A DNA stretch of 64,000 bases from Malacoraja senta (taxonomy: Eukaryota): positions 13,702,001 to 13,766,000 of the forward strand of contig CM075982.1 in assembly GCA_038087875.1 (NCBI GenBank), read 5' to 3'. Under the pieces are notes generated by a model. That model saw nothing but the letters and a program-made list of their open reading frames with translations, ran no database searches and was not told where the DNA came from. Both the position numbers and the translations under genes were made by a program. Shown here in pieces: positions 63,544-64,000 of the stretch. Position 1 is the first letter of the stretch. Each line of letters starts with the position of its first letter.

Positions 63544-64000
63544 GTATAATACCTTACAGAAGTAACGTCCCATCGTTTGGAAAATCTTCCAGCCCAGCAC
63601 TGGCGAAATCCTGACAGTGCCAGTTTATCAGACCTTTACAATACATCCTCCCCAAACCCAAGAAGAGGTAATGCAATTACCTGAATGATGCACAAATAAA
63701 CAGAAACCAGATGTCATGTAATAAATATGGAATGGATCATTCAGCATACACATGGCATGATGCCCGAAGAATGAACACAGAACCTCGTTTGGAAATCTAA
63801 TTAACAAACAACCTTCTGGTAAACAAAGATGTAATATCCTGCTTTATGATTCCAAGCCTATTGCAGCCCAAAGCTCTGCACTTTCTGATTTCCTCTTTCC
63901 ATAACATCACTTCCTTCAGTTTTATAACCACCAGTCACATCAGTGGCCAGTCCCTCCACTACCTTCCCTTCCTCCAATTCTTTGCTCCCTCCCATGCCTA

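Noticed and set aside
63560-63667. Plus-strand 108-nt open exon candidate (EVTSHRLENLPAQHW...)
   Set aside because: Weak polypyrimidine tract, no recognisable protein, and it overlaps an equally plausible minus-strand candidate.

Overview
This window is eukaryotic and transposon-dense. It looks like intronic or intergenic vertebrate DNA, and its repeat set (HE1-type V-SINE, CR1/HER1, Penelope, Rex1) suggests a skate or ray; that assignment is inference. No host protein-coding gene, rRNA, tRNA gene or CRISPR array can be supported. The largest elements are: a complete DIRS1-type tyrosine-recombinase retrotransposon (4371-9699) with all terminal structures and an intact recombinase ORF; a young, near-intact Rex1/Babar LINE (35232-38518, minus); and an L1 with TSD that lacks its endonuclease region (53625-58271). 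A CR1 is split by an inversion plus a 250-bp inverted duplication of its flank (15361-18990). One Penelope RT/GIY-YIG element and about 9 short Penelope pLTR copies carry a minimal hammerhead-ribozyme core, including a 155-bp head-to-head double-core insertion. The window also holds a modular family of at least 7 non-autonomous Helitrons, PIF/Harbinger and hAT MITEs (one hAT-ended MITE carries Harbinger-MITE sequence), a solo LTR, several SINE-like elements that appear to share a core but have different LINE tails, and a few weak minus-strand exon candidates. Family names come from motif recognition only; no database was searched.
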